DNA of 64,000 nucleotides. It comes from Marsupella aquatica. Its lineage: Eukaryota; Plantae; Marchantiophyta. Made by a program: the position numbers and the translations under genes. The DNA is taken from positions 16,088,645-16,152,644 of the forward strand of contig OZ316893.1 in assembly GCA_973895155.1 (NCBI GenBank), read 5' to 3'. The notes beneath the pieces were generated by a model that did no database searches, was not told where the DNA came from, and saw only the letters and a list, made by a program, of their open reading frames with translations. Shown one piece after another: positions 26,101-37,590 of this stretch (position 1 is its first letter; every line of letters begins with the position of its first letter).

Positions 26101-27014
26101 AGAGTCGCGAGGAGTCGAGTTCAGCTACGGCAGTATTCACTTCAGTTGTCTCAATGTGGTTGGCGTGAGCTGCAGGTGAGCTTAGCTGTGTGCACATTTC
26201 ATGTAAGTCAGGTGGTCGGTGTTTTAGGCATTGCGGAACTTGATTGACCACCCCATGGCTAAGGTTTAAGGTGCGGACTACAACAAATATGTGTTGTTGC
26301 TGAAAGTGTTGGTGGTGAGCGACAACTGGTATTGTTTCAGCTAAAGGGAGCACATTGGAGCTTGTGTATCCATGACCTGCGACCGATTGCGGTTGCCTGC
26401 TGTTACAATTGCCGAATCAATCACGCACCCAATCTTGCGGGCAGACACAACTTTGCGGGAGTGTTGAAGGTTTAGGGTGAGCAACAGCGGAGAGCTCATT
26501 GCTTGGTGGCAGGGTTGAAGGTGGATGATCGGGCTGCAAGGCCAACCGGGGACTTGTTTTGCATTGAGCGATTGCTGCGGATTGCTACGCAGCTTCAGTT
26601 AGGGCGGCTTGGTGCTACATCGGCACAGGTAAGGCTGCAATCCCCTATCGACGCGGACTCACCTCGTGACTGCAAGTATAGTTGTCTAGGTGATGTATGC
26701 ATTGCGTGTTTAGGGTCTAGGTGACATCACTGCTAAGCAAAATTTGTGAGCTGCCTAGGTCCATTGCCGAATGTTGCTTCCTTTAAATTACCTGGTGCCT
26801 GCTGTTACAATCGCCTGCTCAATCATGCACCCAATCGCCTGGAGCTCATTTGCCTGGAGCTTCATCCGTCAGATTCAAACTGTTATTGCTGCTCTGCCCT
26901 TTTGCCATGGGTTGCCGGCCTACCGGATGCTATCAACAGATTAAGAACAAGTCATATCCTAAGTCCCGGTGTTGCAGTGATGTCCCCGACCCTAAGATGC
27001 TTTCCAAACTCATC

Positions 27015-27385
27015 TTTCTTGTTTCCTGTTGCTGCTGATGTATGTATGTTCTCCCCTATTTTTGCTTACAGATTGGTCTCTCCACACTTCTTGCTTGACA
27101 TGATTGTTTTGCTCCTCCCTGTATCAGAACATGCCTTGTGCCCGGCGGTGGGGTGGGGGGGTGAACAGACGACCTTAAGGTTCACTACATTTCTAGGAAC
27201 TGTGCATCTTTCAGCTGATTTTAGCCGCAAGTTCCCTTGCTTTCCCCTGTTTTTGCTAAGATCCCTCCCACTAATCACATGCATCTTTCAGCTGATTTTA
27301 GCCGCAAGTTCCCTTGCTTTCCCCTGCTTTTGCTAAGATCCCTCCCCACTAATGACATGCATCCTTTACTTTTCTCGGTGGCCCG
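27015..27385 (+). repeat. ~300-bp segment shared with 61900-62208, with an internal ~76-bp tandem duplication
   Basis: Shared strings such as GATTGGTCTCTCCACACTTCTTGCTTGACATGA and GCATCTTTCAGCTGATTTTA. Confidence 0.85.
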
Positions 27386-28553
27386 TGCGCCTGCCTTCCT
27401 ACTTTCGTTCTTATGGACTCTCCTTAGGTTTTCATTCACCTGGTTTTGGACTTTTTGCTCCGGTGGAATCTGTCTTGACAACTTGTGTTTGTTCTAATTG
27501 TTAATATCTCAAGAGGGTCGTCAACTAAGCTGAAAGGAGTCAAAGCTAACTACAAGCTAGCAAAATAATACAGAGAATGCTCCCAAGTCGAGTCAGGAGG
27601 AAGTTACTAAAACTAGACCTTCACAACTCTCGAAACTGGAAAGTGAAATTCAGCGTGAGACACGTAGCTGAAGGCCACAAGGATAACTATATGGCCACGC
27701 TGTCCCCCATTCAAGTCCAAAGTCCTCTTCAGATTGTCTGAACTCCTATTGAATGTATTGAATAATTATTTCATCACAGAAATTTTCAGAACAAACACGG
27801 AAGCACCAGGGGGCTGAGGATTAGGTATTGAGGCTGAAGACATTGAGGTCATAAACTAGGTGTGGTTCGGGTGACAATGTTAGCAACTGATGCTTCTTCA
27901 GGGGAACTTCCCATGTGCAGTTTATCCACACATGATTGACTTTGGTTCTTGCTGTTTTTCTTTTGGTGTACTCTTGAGTTTGGTGTCACTCTATCCTTTC
28001 CTGTAGCCTCGAAATAGGAACACACCTGCTTAGTGGTCCCCAATCGCCCAATGATTTATAATGACTGTGTCTAGGTGATGTATGCATTGCGTGTTCATTC
28101 CAGAAGAATGAATATGTACACTTTGCACAAACCTGGACAGATTTTGAATGTTATTTATCTGAGTTTCTGTTTGTGAGCTCTGACTTGGAGCCTTAACATT
28201 TGTGTTTCTGTGGGGCTGAGCAGAGTTTGTTCAGTCTAGAAGCTGCTGTACTGAAGTGATCAGCCTCCGGCTTGGAGGTGAATCTTCAATTTTTTGTGGA
28301 TCCGAGTGACTTCTGTCCAACTGAGTTTTGCTTTGTCGGGACGATTGTGTTTGGCTAAGATGCTAGATTGTGGCTTGTCTTCTTGCTTCCAGCTTGTGTA
28401 TTTTCAATTAATAGAAGTTGGGAACGAAGTGATAATTGAATTTCCTTATATTAAGCATCTTCACCTAGAAACTCAATACATAAACTCCAGGATTCCCTCG
28501 GGACATAAAATGAGCCAAATTGTCTCAAAATTGGGAACCTGCACCCGCACTAC

Positions 28554-28896
28554 TCAAACAATTGTGTTGGGCTTGGTGGCCTTGTAAGTCTTCTTTAGCT
28601 TTCGCAATGGAGGTTGAATCTTGCAGTACGTCAAGGGGAACTTGATCTTTGAATCATGGAACTGCTTGGTACTTTCTCGCTTGCACAGAGAGACAGGGAC
28701 TGTCGTAGTCTTCATGATCTGGATGCAAGGGAACCGAACTCTATGACAAGAAGCCATCTCATCATACATCTGCTCTGCAGCTCCGTTTCTTGTGGTATCA
28801 CAATATTCCTTGTACATGTTGTGATAACCTGTACGACTCTGATACGTGGACCCAGATACCGAAGTTCTTAATTGTGGTGGGCTTCTTTTTGAAGAT
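28554..28896 (-). pseudogene. RPL18A: Captured fragment (C-terminal exon) of 60S ribosomal protein L18a/eL20
   Basis: [46 protein letters not shown]...[18 protein letters not shown]. The frameshifted [11 protein letters not shown] start directly follows a CAG acceptor. No N-terminal half is present. Confidence 0.9.
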
Positions 28897-29904
28897 CTGG
28901 TAGACACATTATTCAGCATTTGCTAACTTCAAAACTAGAAGGGTAACACATTAAACAACAGAGAAACTCACAACATCCTCCTTTGGTCCTTTAGAGTCTG
29001 TACTTTGATTCTGAAGTTTGACTGAGTTTTTGTTTACTAAAAGAATGTGACTGTGTAAGAGTTCCGTTTGGCAGTGGATTGGTTGAAGCACTTCATGCTA
29101 GTGTGTTGTCCACAGCTCTTCAACCAGCTTTCGTCTTCCTTGTCTTTCACCACTTACGATGACATCAATTCAGCTAAGACCATAGAAGGTTCCAAAGCAT
29201 CTAACTTGTAAAATCGCATTCTGTTACATCAAGGACTAAGGTGTTGGGTGCCAAAGGAGACAGCACAACAAACACGCTGAAAAGACTTCAGGACTGGGTT
29301 CAACAAGGTAGTGAAGGTGCTTAGAGCCATAGTAAGTATGCATTCTGTATCTTTCTCTATTGATGTGAGCTTGTGCATAATGGGAGTTGTAGTTGGCAAG
29401 AGTTCCAAATATGAATAGATCCAGAAGTATGTGATCATGTACTTGCTCTATAAAGTTCTGAAGATATAAGCATTTTCTGTTAGACCAGGCAACTTGGGAG
29501 TTGGTAAGTGTCACCTGCATCTGAGGGGCTACACCGGGGCATCAGTGGAGGTTCACTTGCACAACACGACAACCAGTGAATTTTCTCTCTGCTGCAACCT
29601 GCAAGGTGAGACTTTCGGTCTTTCTGGATGAAAAAACAGGAGTTTAATATGATTGATATACATGTCCGTCGAGAATATGGGTTTATCACCAAGCTCTTTG
29701 TCTTAGGAAACTCATAAACTCAGAATCAAATATGTACTATGCACGTTTCATGCTATGTGTATACTATGACCTGTAGTTGGAACCAAGACAATGAGTGGGA
29801 ACTGATTAGTTTAGGTGGTTGCTGTTGGCGAGGCAAGTCGACCTCCTGCTCACCTTGCTCATCAAAGGACGTGAACAGAGGACATCACAACGAAAGCAAC
29901 ACTT

Positions 29905-30354
29905 ATGGTGAGGACCCGCAACGCTGAACATGTGCGACTTGCACGCAAGGCAGAGATGTTGCGCCTTGAGTATGTCAGACTTGGGATCCTTCCAGCCCAG
30001 TCTGCATGGTACTTTGAGTACCCTGTTGTTTCTAGGAACAACTACAGCCGGCCTCTACCTGCTTCAGTACCCTTCCCGACATCCTTGGTATTTGTGTCTC
30101 TTGTACATGACCCGCCACAAATTAGGTGCCAAGGGTGTGTACACAGTTGCCAATATGACTGTCCTGCCTGTAGGGCTTCTGGCCCAGAATTGGATGACCG
30201 TTCTCTTGGATGCCGATTTTTGCACAGAGCACAATGTATCATCTGGAACCACTCGCCATCCTGCAGTGTGCCTGGTGATGTCACTTGTCCTGCCCTCCCA
30301 GACCCCACCACCGGTGACTTTGGTGTCTACACATGTTTGGATCACATGCTCTAG
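29905..30354 (+). CDS. Cys/His-rich 149-aa hypothetical protein (possible zinc finger) in CACTA-B
   Basis: ATG-initiated open frame with CQGC..SC..DCPAC...C..H...C...H...C...C...C..H; same strand as the neighbouring cargo ORFs; no family recognised. Confidence 0.45.
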   Translation: MVRTRNAEHVRLARKAEMLRLEYVRLGILPAQSAWYFEYPVVSRNNYSRPLPASVPFPTSLVFVSLVHDPPQIRCQGCVHSCQYDCPACRASGPELDDRSLGCRFLHRAQCIIWNHSPSCSVPGDVTCPALPDPTTGDFGVYTCLDHML

Positions 30355-30970
30355 AGGACCACTTGTCACACCGCATGCACAGACCAGATACCATTGACCT
30401 ATAGCTTAACACTCTGACTTCAACACAGAGGATATTTACTTAAAATTTTGATGTATGAGCAATTTTGGGTCCAGGGTTTAGGGTCAACAGTACATAACTT
30501 ATATCCTATTATGCCTGCACTAAGCAAAATATCCTAATTTAAGAGGCTAGCAAACTCGCATAAAAGTCTCTATTGAAAGACTGCTTTCATGACTGCTTTA
30601 ACCTGGTGAACATTGCAACGTTGAATGAATTAATGGGCCATGTGATAATATGCAAAATGATTTATGCCTCACTTATTTGTCTCAGCCACTATCATAACCT
30701 ATTTAGGATGTATAAATTTCAACCCTTATGACACTGCTTCATACCAATCCTCTTCGAAGAATGCCTGTTTTACATGTCACGACTATTGTATGTGATTCAA
30801 ATGCATGAAATGTTGTTGCAGATCTCCTTTGGTGAATCATAGCCACAATTAAAATTGAGGTGTTGGTGGAGAAATTGTATTAGGGGATCAGTTTTGTGTG
30901 TGGGCTCAACATACCAAAAGTATGTGTGCTCTGCATCCTTGTGTGGCCATTCCAATTCATTGCAGTAGCA

Positions 30971-31113
30971 AATGCCTTTGTACCTTAAATGCTAAATATA
31001 TTTTACTTTCTGTGCAGTCTGCTAAATTGTAGAGTCTATCTAAATGCCTTTGTACCTTAAATGCTAAATATATATTACTTTCTGTGCAGTCTGCTAAATT
31101 GTAGAGTCTATCT
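30971..31113. repeat. 72-bp tandem duplication immediately upstream of the PHD ORF
   Basis: AATGCCTTTGTACCTTAAATGCTAAATATA...GTAGAGTCTATCT at 30971 and 31043. Confidence 0.85.
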
Positions 31114-31124
31114 CATGCGCAGGC

Positions 31125-31805
31125 ATGGCACGGCCTAAAATTCAAGCCAAAAAGCGTGTGACAGAGGTGAGAAACACAGGTGTACTTGGGGCAGATGCTA
31201 CTAACTTCTCTGCAAGTCAGATTTTCCAGAAGGCAGCTCATTGTTGTGCCATTTGTGACGATGGTGGGGGCCTGGTCATTTGTGAGGGCCCTTGCATGAG
31301 GCATTTCCACCTCAACCCGGAGTCTGACCTTGCTGCAGAAAACAACTGTCCAGGGGTGGGCCTCCCGTCAACACACCAGGGAGACTGGATGTGCACTGAT
31401 TGTTTGGAGAAGCAGGCTAAGTGTGCACAGTGTGGGAAGTTGGGGTCCTATGAGGGCTCTGTTGATGCTGCAGCAAATGTTAGGAAATGTCCAGACCATT
31501 TTTGTGTGAGATTTTTCTGTTTTGAGTGTTTGCCTGCTCATGCCACAGCTTGCCCACTTCATAGGTGCAAGGCATGTGGTGAGCATGATGATGACTACTG
31601 GACTGACATAGTCCACTGTGCTAGGTGTCCCACTATGTGGCACTATCATTGCCTGAAAGATCATCAAGCAGAGGGTTATGCTTGTGACAGAGAAATCTAT
31701 GATCACTCTGCACATGGTGTTGATCGATGGATATTTTATTGTCATCGCCATGCCATTGATCCTACCTCGCGCACTCCTGTGAGAGATCACATATCTTGGC
31801 TGTGA
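31125..31805 (+). CDS. Stand-alone EDM2/NSD-type composite PHD-finger protein (226 aa) in CACTA-B
   Basis: CAICDDGGGLVICEGPCMRHFH...C..C...C..CGKLGS...CPLHRCKAC...CARCPTMWHYHCL...IFYCHRHAID....TPVRDHI follows the EDM2 PHD region as recalled, including its distinctive YCxxHxID...TPxRDH tail. Confidence 0.85.
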   Translation: MARPKIQAKKRVTEVRNTGVLGADATNFSASQIFQKAAHCCAICDDGGGLVICEGPCMRHFHLNPESDLAAENNCPGVGLPSTHQGDWMCTDCLEKQAKCAQCGKLGSYEGSVDAAANVRKCPDHFCVRFFCFECLPAHATACPLHRCKACGEHDDDYWTDIVHCARCPTMWHYHCLKDHQAEGYACDREIYDHSAHGVDRWIFYCHRHAIDPTSRTPVRDHISWL

Positions 31806-32391
31806 AGCTGAACATTGTACATGCACAGTGCACCTGATGTGGATGTACTATTTTTTGAGATTGCAGAGATTCCAATTTTGAAAAGGAGTTGGGTAGGCGA
31901 GTTTATATAGGCAGCACTTATCTTGTGCTCTGGCGTCAGTGGCTGGGTACATGCCTATACAAACTTATCCTTACAAGCCTTCTTGGAAGTATTTAGGCTG
32001 AGTGGTCATTTTCATAAACACTTTCATCACACTGCTAAATTAAAACAGGACTTCTAAGTTGTAAGCGTATAAATTATCAGGCATGCAATTAATCAAATTG
32101 CCCTATAAGTTTGTCATTGAATGTATCCTCCTTTACAACAAAATATGTATGTGCCATGACAAGTTGGTTGCACTTCATTTCACCACGGATATGGATTTTG
32201 TAGTATATATTCAAACAATGTCCTGCATCCGTGCAGGTGCCTAGTACGTATTGTTCACATATCCCTTGTACCTATCAAAATCGGACCTGAGCACCAGTGG
32301 GCCAGATCAACTCAAAAAGCAGGAATTTTGTTGTCCTTGTATTGTCAGGTGAACCCATTCTTCCAAAATTCACTGTCATCACGTAGGGTGT

Positions 32392-33270
32392 GTGTACATG
32401 GAGCCTGGTAAACGTAGAAAGTGTGACCACCCAGCAGTGTTTACAGGGGTCAGAGCGATTTTGGTCCATGGCCAGCATGGGTTGACCAAAGTGCATTGGC
32501 CAACTGTACAGAAACGATTCTCTGAGCTCCATGGCACTGTAGTTCAGGACATCACTCCAGAGACTACACATGTTGTTGCAGGGACATGGCTATCAGTGAT
32601 AAAGAAGTGGTCATGGTCCTACATGAATTCTGCAATTACTAAGCAAGGCCTAAAAGTAGTTGAGGCCTCTTGGATCACAGATTCCATAGCACATAAGATT
32701 GTACAGGATACTGAGCAATATGAGTTGTGGGAGGATGAAGAAGCTACTGCATCAGCTTGGGCTGAACAAGAAGTCTGGGAAGCAAAGGCACGGCTTGCTG
32801 ATCTCCAATATGGACCTGTACTCAACAAAGGACAGAGCTCTACAAGGCTGAAGAGTATGTTGGCTGAGGAGACGAAGCAACCAACCCCCATTCTGAAAGG
32901 GCTGAGCATGGTATTTGTGGAGGCGGGAATTGGAGAGGTTAAGTGCAAAGTGTACAAGTCCACAGTGCTTGACCTAGGTGGGACAGTGGAGGAGAATATA
33001 ACAGAGGACACCACTCATGTCATTACTAAGTCATATCCCAAAGCCTGCCGCAAGTTTGGGAAGGGAGACATTCGCTTTTATGTCATGTCCCATAATGTGT
33101 TTGTGGTTTCATATGCTTGGCTTGTGGAATCAGTAGCAGCTGGGAAGCGTCAAAACCCAATGGACTATGATCTTTTTGAGGCCTGGCCACGGAAGGGTCA
33201 GGATCCTTACAGAGAGGACTATGAGACAACAAGTGAGGAATGGGTCATTAGCGATTCTGAATCAGAGTGA
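32392..33270 (+). CDS. Tandem BRCT-domain protein (292 aa), DNA polymerase lambda-like BRCTs, in CACTA-B
   Basis: Two repeats: FTGV...HGTVVQDITPETTHVVA...VVEASWITDSI...QYEL and LKGLSMVFVEAG...LGGTVEENITEDTTHVI...VSYAWLVESVAAGKRQNPMDYDL. Acidic tail; uninterrupted ORF. Confidence 0.85.
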   Translation: MYMEPGKRRKCDHPAVFTGVRAILVHGQHGLTKVHWPTVQKRFSELHGTVVQDITPETTHVVAGTWLSVIKKWSWSYMNSAITKQGLKVVEASWITDSIAHKIVQDTEQYELWEDEEATASAWAEQEVWEAKARLADLQYGPVLNKGQSSTRLKSMLAEETKQPTPILKGLSMVFVEAGIGEVKCKVYKSTVLDLGGTVEENITEDTTHVITKSYPKACRKFGKGDIRFYVMSHNVFVVSYAWLVESVAAGKRQNPMDYDLFEAWPRKGQDPYREDYETTSEEWVISDSESE

Positions 33271-33703
33271 GGAGTAGTAGCATCAGTTTGGACACAAGTT
33301 TTTTTGTATAAATCAGATCATTGAAATAAATGTGATCTTTGAACTAATGTACCTTGTTATGGTTGGTGGCAGTTGGGCTTATTTTACTGTTGGCGGATTG
33401 TTGTTTCCTGCTGCCTGGGGGTGTCACTGTAAACGTACATGCAGAGGCGGTACATTTGAGGACAGCGGAGGAGGTGGTGACACCCTCCAACATTTAGAAA
33501 TTTTGTGTCATTCACTTGACAATAGGTACACTACTTGCGAACCTGTTTTTTTCTTTTGGGGTGGTTTAGGGTTTGTGAGAATTTAGTACACGTTATGTTA
33601 ACTCTTTTGGCAGATACAGTCAGGGATATATGGAACACAAATACCACCATTAGGCATCCTTGTTCACTGCTGTCCATGACTGCAGAGCTCCCAGCCTGTT
33701 ACA

Positions 33704-36700
33704 ATGCACCCTGGTCACCACCCTCCCCAGACCCAGCCCAGGGCACAGGCACTGCCTTTGCATCATCCCACAAGGATATCACGCCATGATAATAAGCTTT
33801 GGCAGCGTGAAAGGTTACGAACCAGACTTTCAGGAGCCAGTAGGATGAGATGTCCTTGTGCAATCTGCCAAGGATCCCGTACCAGGGGTCTGAATGAGGT
33901 TTGGCGGCATATCGCGGTTCATGGAAGAGATCCACGACATCGAGTTTGGAATGATCCTGCAGAGGAAGATTCTTCCGACGAGGAGTGGAGGTTAGAATTT
34001 GATGCTGCCAATGCTGCAAGACGGGCAAGTGAGGTTCTGCCTGGTGCATTTGAAAATTTGTAGCTGGTCTCTGTGGGTTGTCAGCTCTCCAACGGGATGG
34101 TGCTCAGGCAGCACCACGTGACGAAGGAATTCATGTGGAAGAGATGGTGAGAGACATCTTCCAAGACTTGGATGCATTTCATGATGGGCTGGACAATGAA
34201 GAGGATACGGCTGCAGATGCAAGTGTGCCCCCTGTCGAAGAGCCTCTTGATGAGTTTGAGATAGGGCAGGAAACCCCTGGGCATGATGGGATGTTTGGCT
34301 CTCCCCTGCAAATACAGGAAGGCAGGAAGTCTTTGTACCCCGGTAGCAAATGTTCTAAACTGGGATTTGTCATCATGTTCCTGAACATTTGCGGCAACCA
34401 CAATGTCCCCAACGTTTTGGTTTCTGAGTTGTTGGCATTCTTGCGAACAACTGTGCTACCAGATGGTAATATTTTGCCCAAGAACATGTACGAGGCAAAA
34501 AGATGCATATCTAATCTTGGATTGAACTATGATTCGATCCATGCCTGTCCTGATGGGCATGTTCTTTTCAGAAAGGAGTATAAAGAATCGTTGACATGCC
34601 CTAAGTGTGGGAAGCACAGGTATCGGAACTCAGGAAAGTCTATGGTTCCCGCCAAGGTACTTCGTCATTTTCCACTCATTCCCAGACTTCAGCGGATGTT
34701 CAGAAGCCGTGCCATCTCGGAGATGATGACTTGGGCAACTGACAAGAAAAGTGATGATGGGCTACAACGACATGCTGCAGATTCAAGGCAATGGAAACTC
34801 ATAGATGAGATGTATCCCGAATTTGCTGCTGAGCCGAGGAATGTCAGACTTGGGCTGTCATTGGATGGGGTAAACCCATTTGGAGACAAGAACAACAAAT
34901 TTTCATGCTGGCCTGTAACTATTTTGAATTATAACCTTCCTCCTTGGATGACTACAAAGCGATTTTTTGTTCTGATGGTCCTACTGATACCAGGGCCAGA
35001 CAGTGCTGTATCTGCCAACATAGATGTGTTTCTGGCTCCCCTAGTGGAGGAATTGAGAAAGCTTTGGGAGGAAGGAGTTCTCACATATGATGTCCTACAG
35101 AGGCTTGGGAGGTTAAACCCATTCATCCTTAGAGCCATTGTCATTCTGACTATAGCTGACTACCCAGCCCATGGGATGATATCAGGCCAAACAACAAAAG
35201 GATATTGTGCTTGTACTATCTGTGGGCGCAATGTCACCAGTGAGTACTCCAGAGCCCTGCAGAAAGTGATATACATGGGCCATCGTCGTTTTCTGAAGAC
35301 AGATCACCCTTACAGAGAAAGACAGGCACTGATTGCACACTTTGGCAATGAGATTGAGCAACGTGGACCCCCGGCACGAGTGACCAAAGAGGAGATCAGG
35401 CAGTGGGGAGCACTGAGGGATGACTATATCAAACGAGGGGGCAGGGAAGATGGAGTGAGTGATCCAATAAAGCGATATGGTGTAAAAAGACTGAGCATAT
35501 TGGACTTGGAGCTCAAGTACTGGAGGGTAAGCCTCTTGGAGTTGATGCTAATTGGGATACATGTTTTGGTTCAGAGCATGTGCATTCATTTCGAAGAGAG
35601 AGACTAAACTTGAGGCATTTCCTGACGCTTTTGCATTGCAACGATGCAGGAGTTTGAGCCAAGCAAACATAACATTGATGTTATGCACATTGAAAAGAAT
35701 ATTTGTGAGAGTCTACTCAGATTCTTGTGTGGAGAGAAAGACACTGGTTCAGTGAGATTGGATCTTGAACAGAGGGGAATGAAACCCCATCTTTGGTTGA
35801 GGCCACATGCCCACAGAGCTGATGTGCTCTTGAAGTACCAAGCGCCCTATGTTCTGACAGACACAGAGTGGGAACTATTTGTGCAGAGGTTGAGTTCTTT
35901 GAAGGTTCCTTCAAACTATGGCAGTGCTTTCAAGAAGCATATCATGACTAGAAAGCTTGGTAGTATGAAAAGCCATGACTACCATATGTTGATGCAACAG
36001 GTGTTGCCTTTATGCCTGAGGGGCCTGTTGCAGAAGCCTGTTCGTACTGTGATCATGCGACTCAGTGATGTGTTTCGTCGTATTTGTGTGAAGGTTTGGG
36101 ATGAAACACACTTCCCACAACTGACAGAAGATGTCGCTCAGGTGCTGTGTGACCTGGAGATTTATTTTCCTCCCGCATTTTTTGATGTCATGACCCACCT
36201 ACTTGTCCATGTTGTGGAAGAGCTACACCAATTTGGGCCTGTGAGTGCTCGTTGGTTGTACCCTTTGGAACGGTACATGAAGCTACTCAAAGGTCACGTG
36301 AGAACATATTACAAACCTGAAGCAAGCATGGCTAAAGGTTACATCAAGGATGAGACTCTGGGATTTCTGACCGAATACATAGCACAATATGAGCATGTGA
36401 AGACCAGGGTGTGGAATTCTGATGAGGAGGAAGGGGTGGTAGGTGAAGTACTGGAAGGGGCTGCAACCACAAAGAACCTGACCATATCTATGAGAGACTT
36501 GGCACATGACTTTGTATTGCACAACACTGTGGTGATGGAACCCTGGATACAGTGAGTGCATACATGTGCTATAATCCAGTTCATGAGCTTAAATGTTGTG
36601 TTCGTGTGGTTTTCTCCTTCAGCCTGTTCATGTTTACCCAAGCTAATGCTGTGTGGTTGTTCGTTCAGGGAGTATGAGTCATTGAAGGCGGCCCATCCCA

Positions 36701-37434
36701 CTGCAGGAACAACTTTTCCAGGTTTCATGGAGTGGATCAGAGTGGCAATTAGAGAGCATCACGAGACCCACCCAGACATGGATGCAGATGTTTACCTACT
36801 GTCTAATGCCCCTAGCCTGAAAGTGAAGACTTACAAACGGATGAGAGCATATGGGAATCACTTCCGAGTGAAGGATGGTGACAGTGCCTACAGGGTGACG
36901 AATGACTGCGGGCTCATCACTGTATTTGAGCAACAGAGCCACAATCACGACAGGGCCTGGATGGAGATGGGATATGTGGGAGAATTAGTTGACATATGGG
37001 CTCTGGACTATGGGGCGGTGTCCAGTCCTGTGATTCTTATGAAAGGTTCATGGGTGCGGCAGGATTGGCTTGGTAACAGGGCTACCATGAAGAGAGACAA
37101 CGACGGTTTCTTGCTGGCCAATTTCAGAGGGAAATTGCCCGAATGGTCTGAGCCATTTGTGTTTCCTAGTCAGGTGGAGCAAGCTTTCTTCCTGGATGTG
37201 GAAGACTCCCCAGGTTGGCGTGTAGTGTGTCATAAACAGGCCAGGCAACGCCGGATGGAAGGATCAAACCTTGAGTTTCATTTACACTCTCATAGTGCCT
37301 TTGATCGTCGGCGTTCAGACCAAGTGCCTGTAGTTCATGATAGCGGGGACTTCATTCCTGTGACAAGGGTAGATGCATTTGCTGAAGGAGGCGAATTCAG
37401 AGATGCAGATGCCAACAGTGTGCCTGTGCCATGA
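33704..37434 (+). CDS. CACTA-B TnpD-type transposase; predicted exons 33704-34028, 34085-35526, 35650-36551, 36669-37434 (1145 codons)
   Basis: CPCAIC...H N-terminal domain, IHACPDGH, LGLSLDGVNPF, YNLPPW, ADYPA, DVMHIEKN, KSHDYH, FFDVMTHLLVH, WLYPLER and EPFVFPSQVEQAFF. Stop-free only if a short 56-nt GT-AG intron (34029-34084) is spliced. Confidence 0.85.
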
Positions 37435-37590
37435 GTAATGTGAATTGTTTGCATAGACATTAGTGAGGGGAAGGATGTGTAATAAAGTAATTTTGAAGCA
37501 ACACAGATGTATGGATGGATGCCTGGTGATTGTGGTTGCATTGTGTTATACGGGGTGACCATAGATGACATGTTTTTGTGGTCCAGTAGG

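Noticed and set aside
28554-28919. Functional RPL18a gene
   Set aside because: The N-terminal half is missing, there are frameshifts near the start and substitutions at conserved Arg residues, and it lies inside a transposon.
34061-34063. Premature stop inactivating the CACTA-B transposase
   Set aside because: The flanking ORFs are in different frames and a GT-AG intron (34029-34084) removes the stop and restores the frame. Left as unresolved rather than called a pseudogene.
34081-37248. Minus-strand ORFs overlapping the transposase (and similar shadow ORFs across X, Y, PHD and BRCT)
   Set aside because: They are antisense shadows of real coding frames with no independent motifs.
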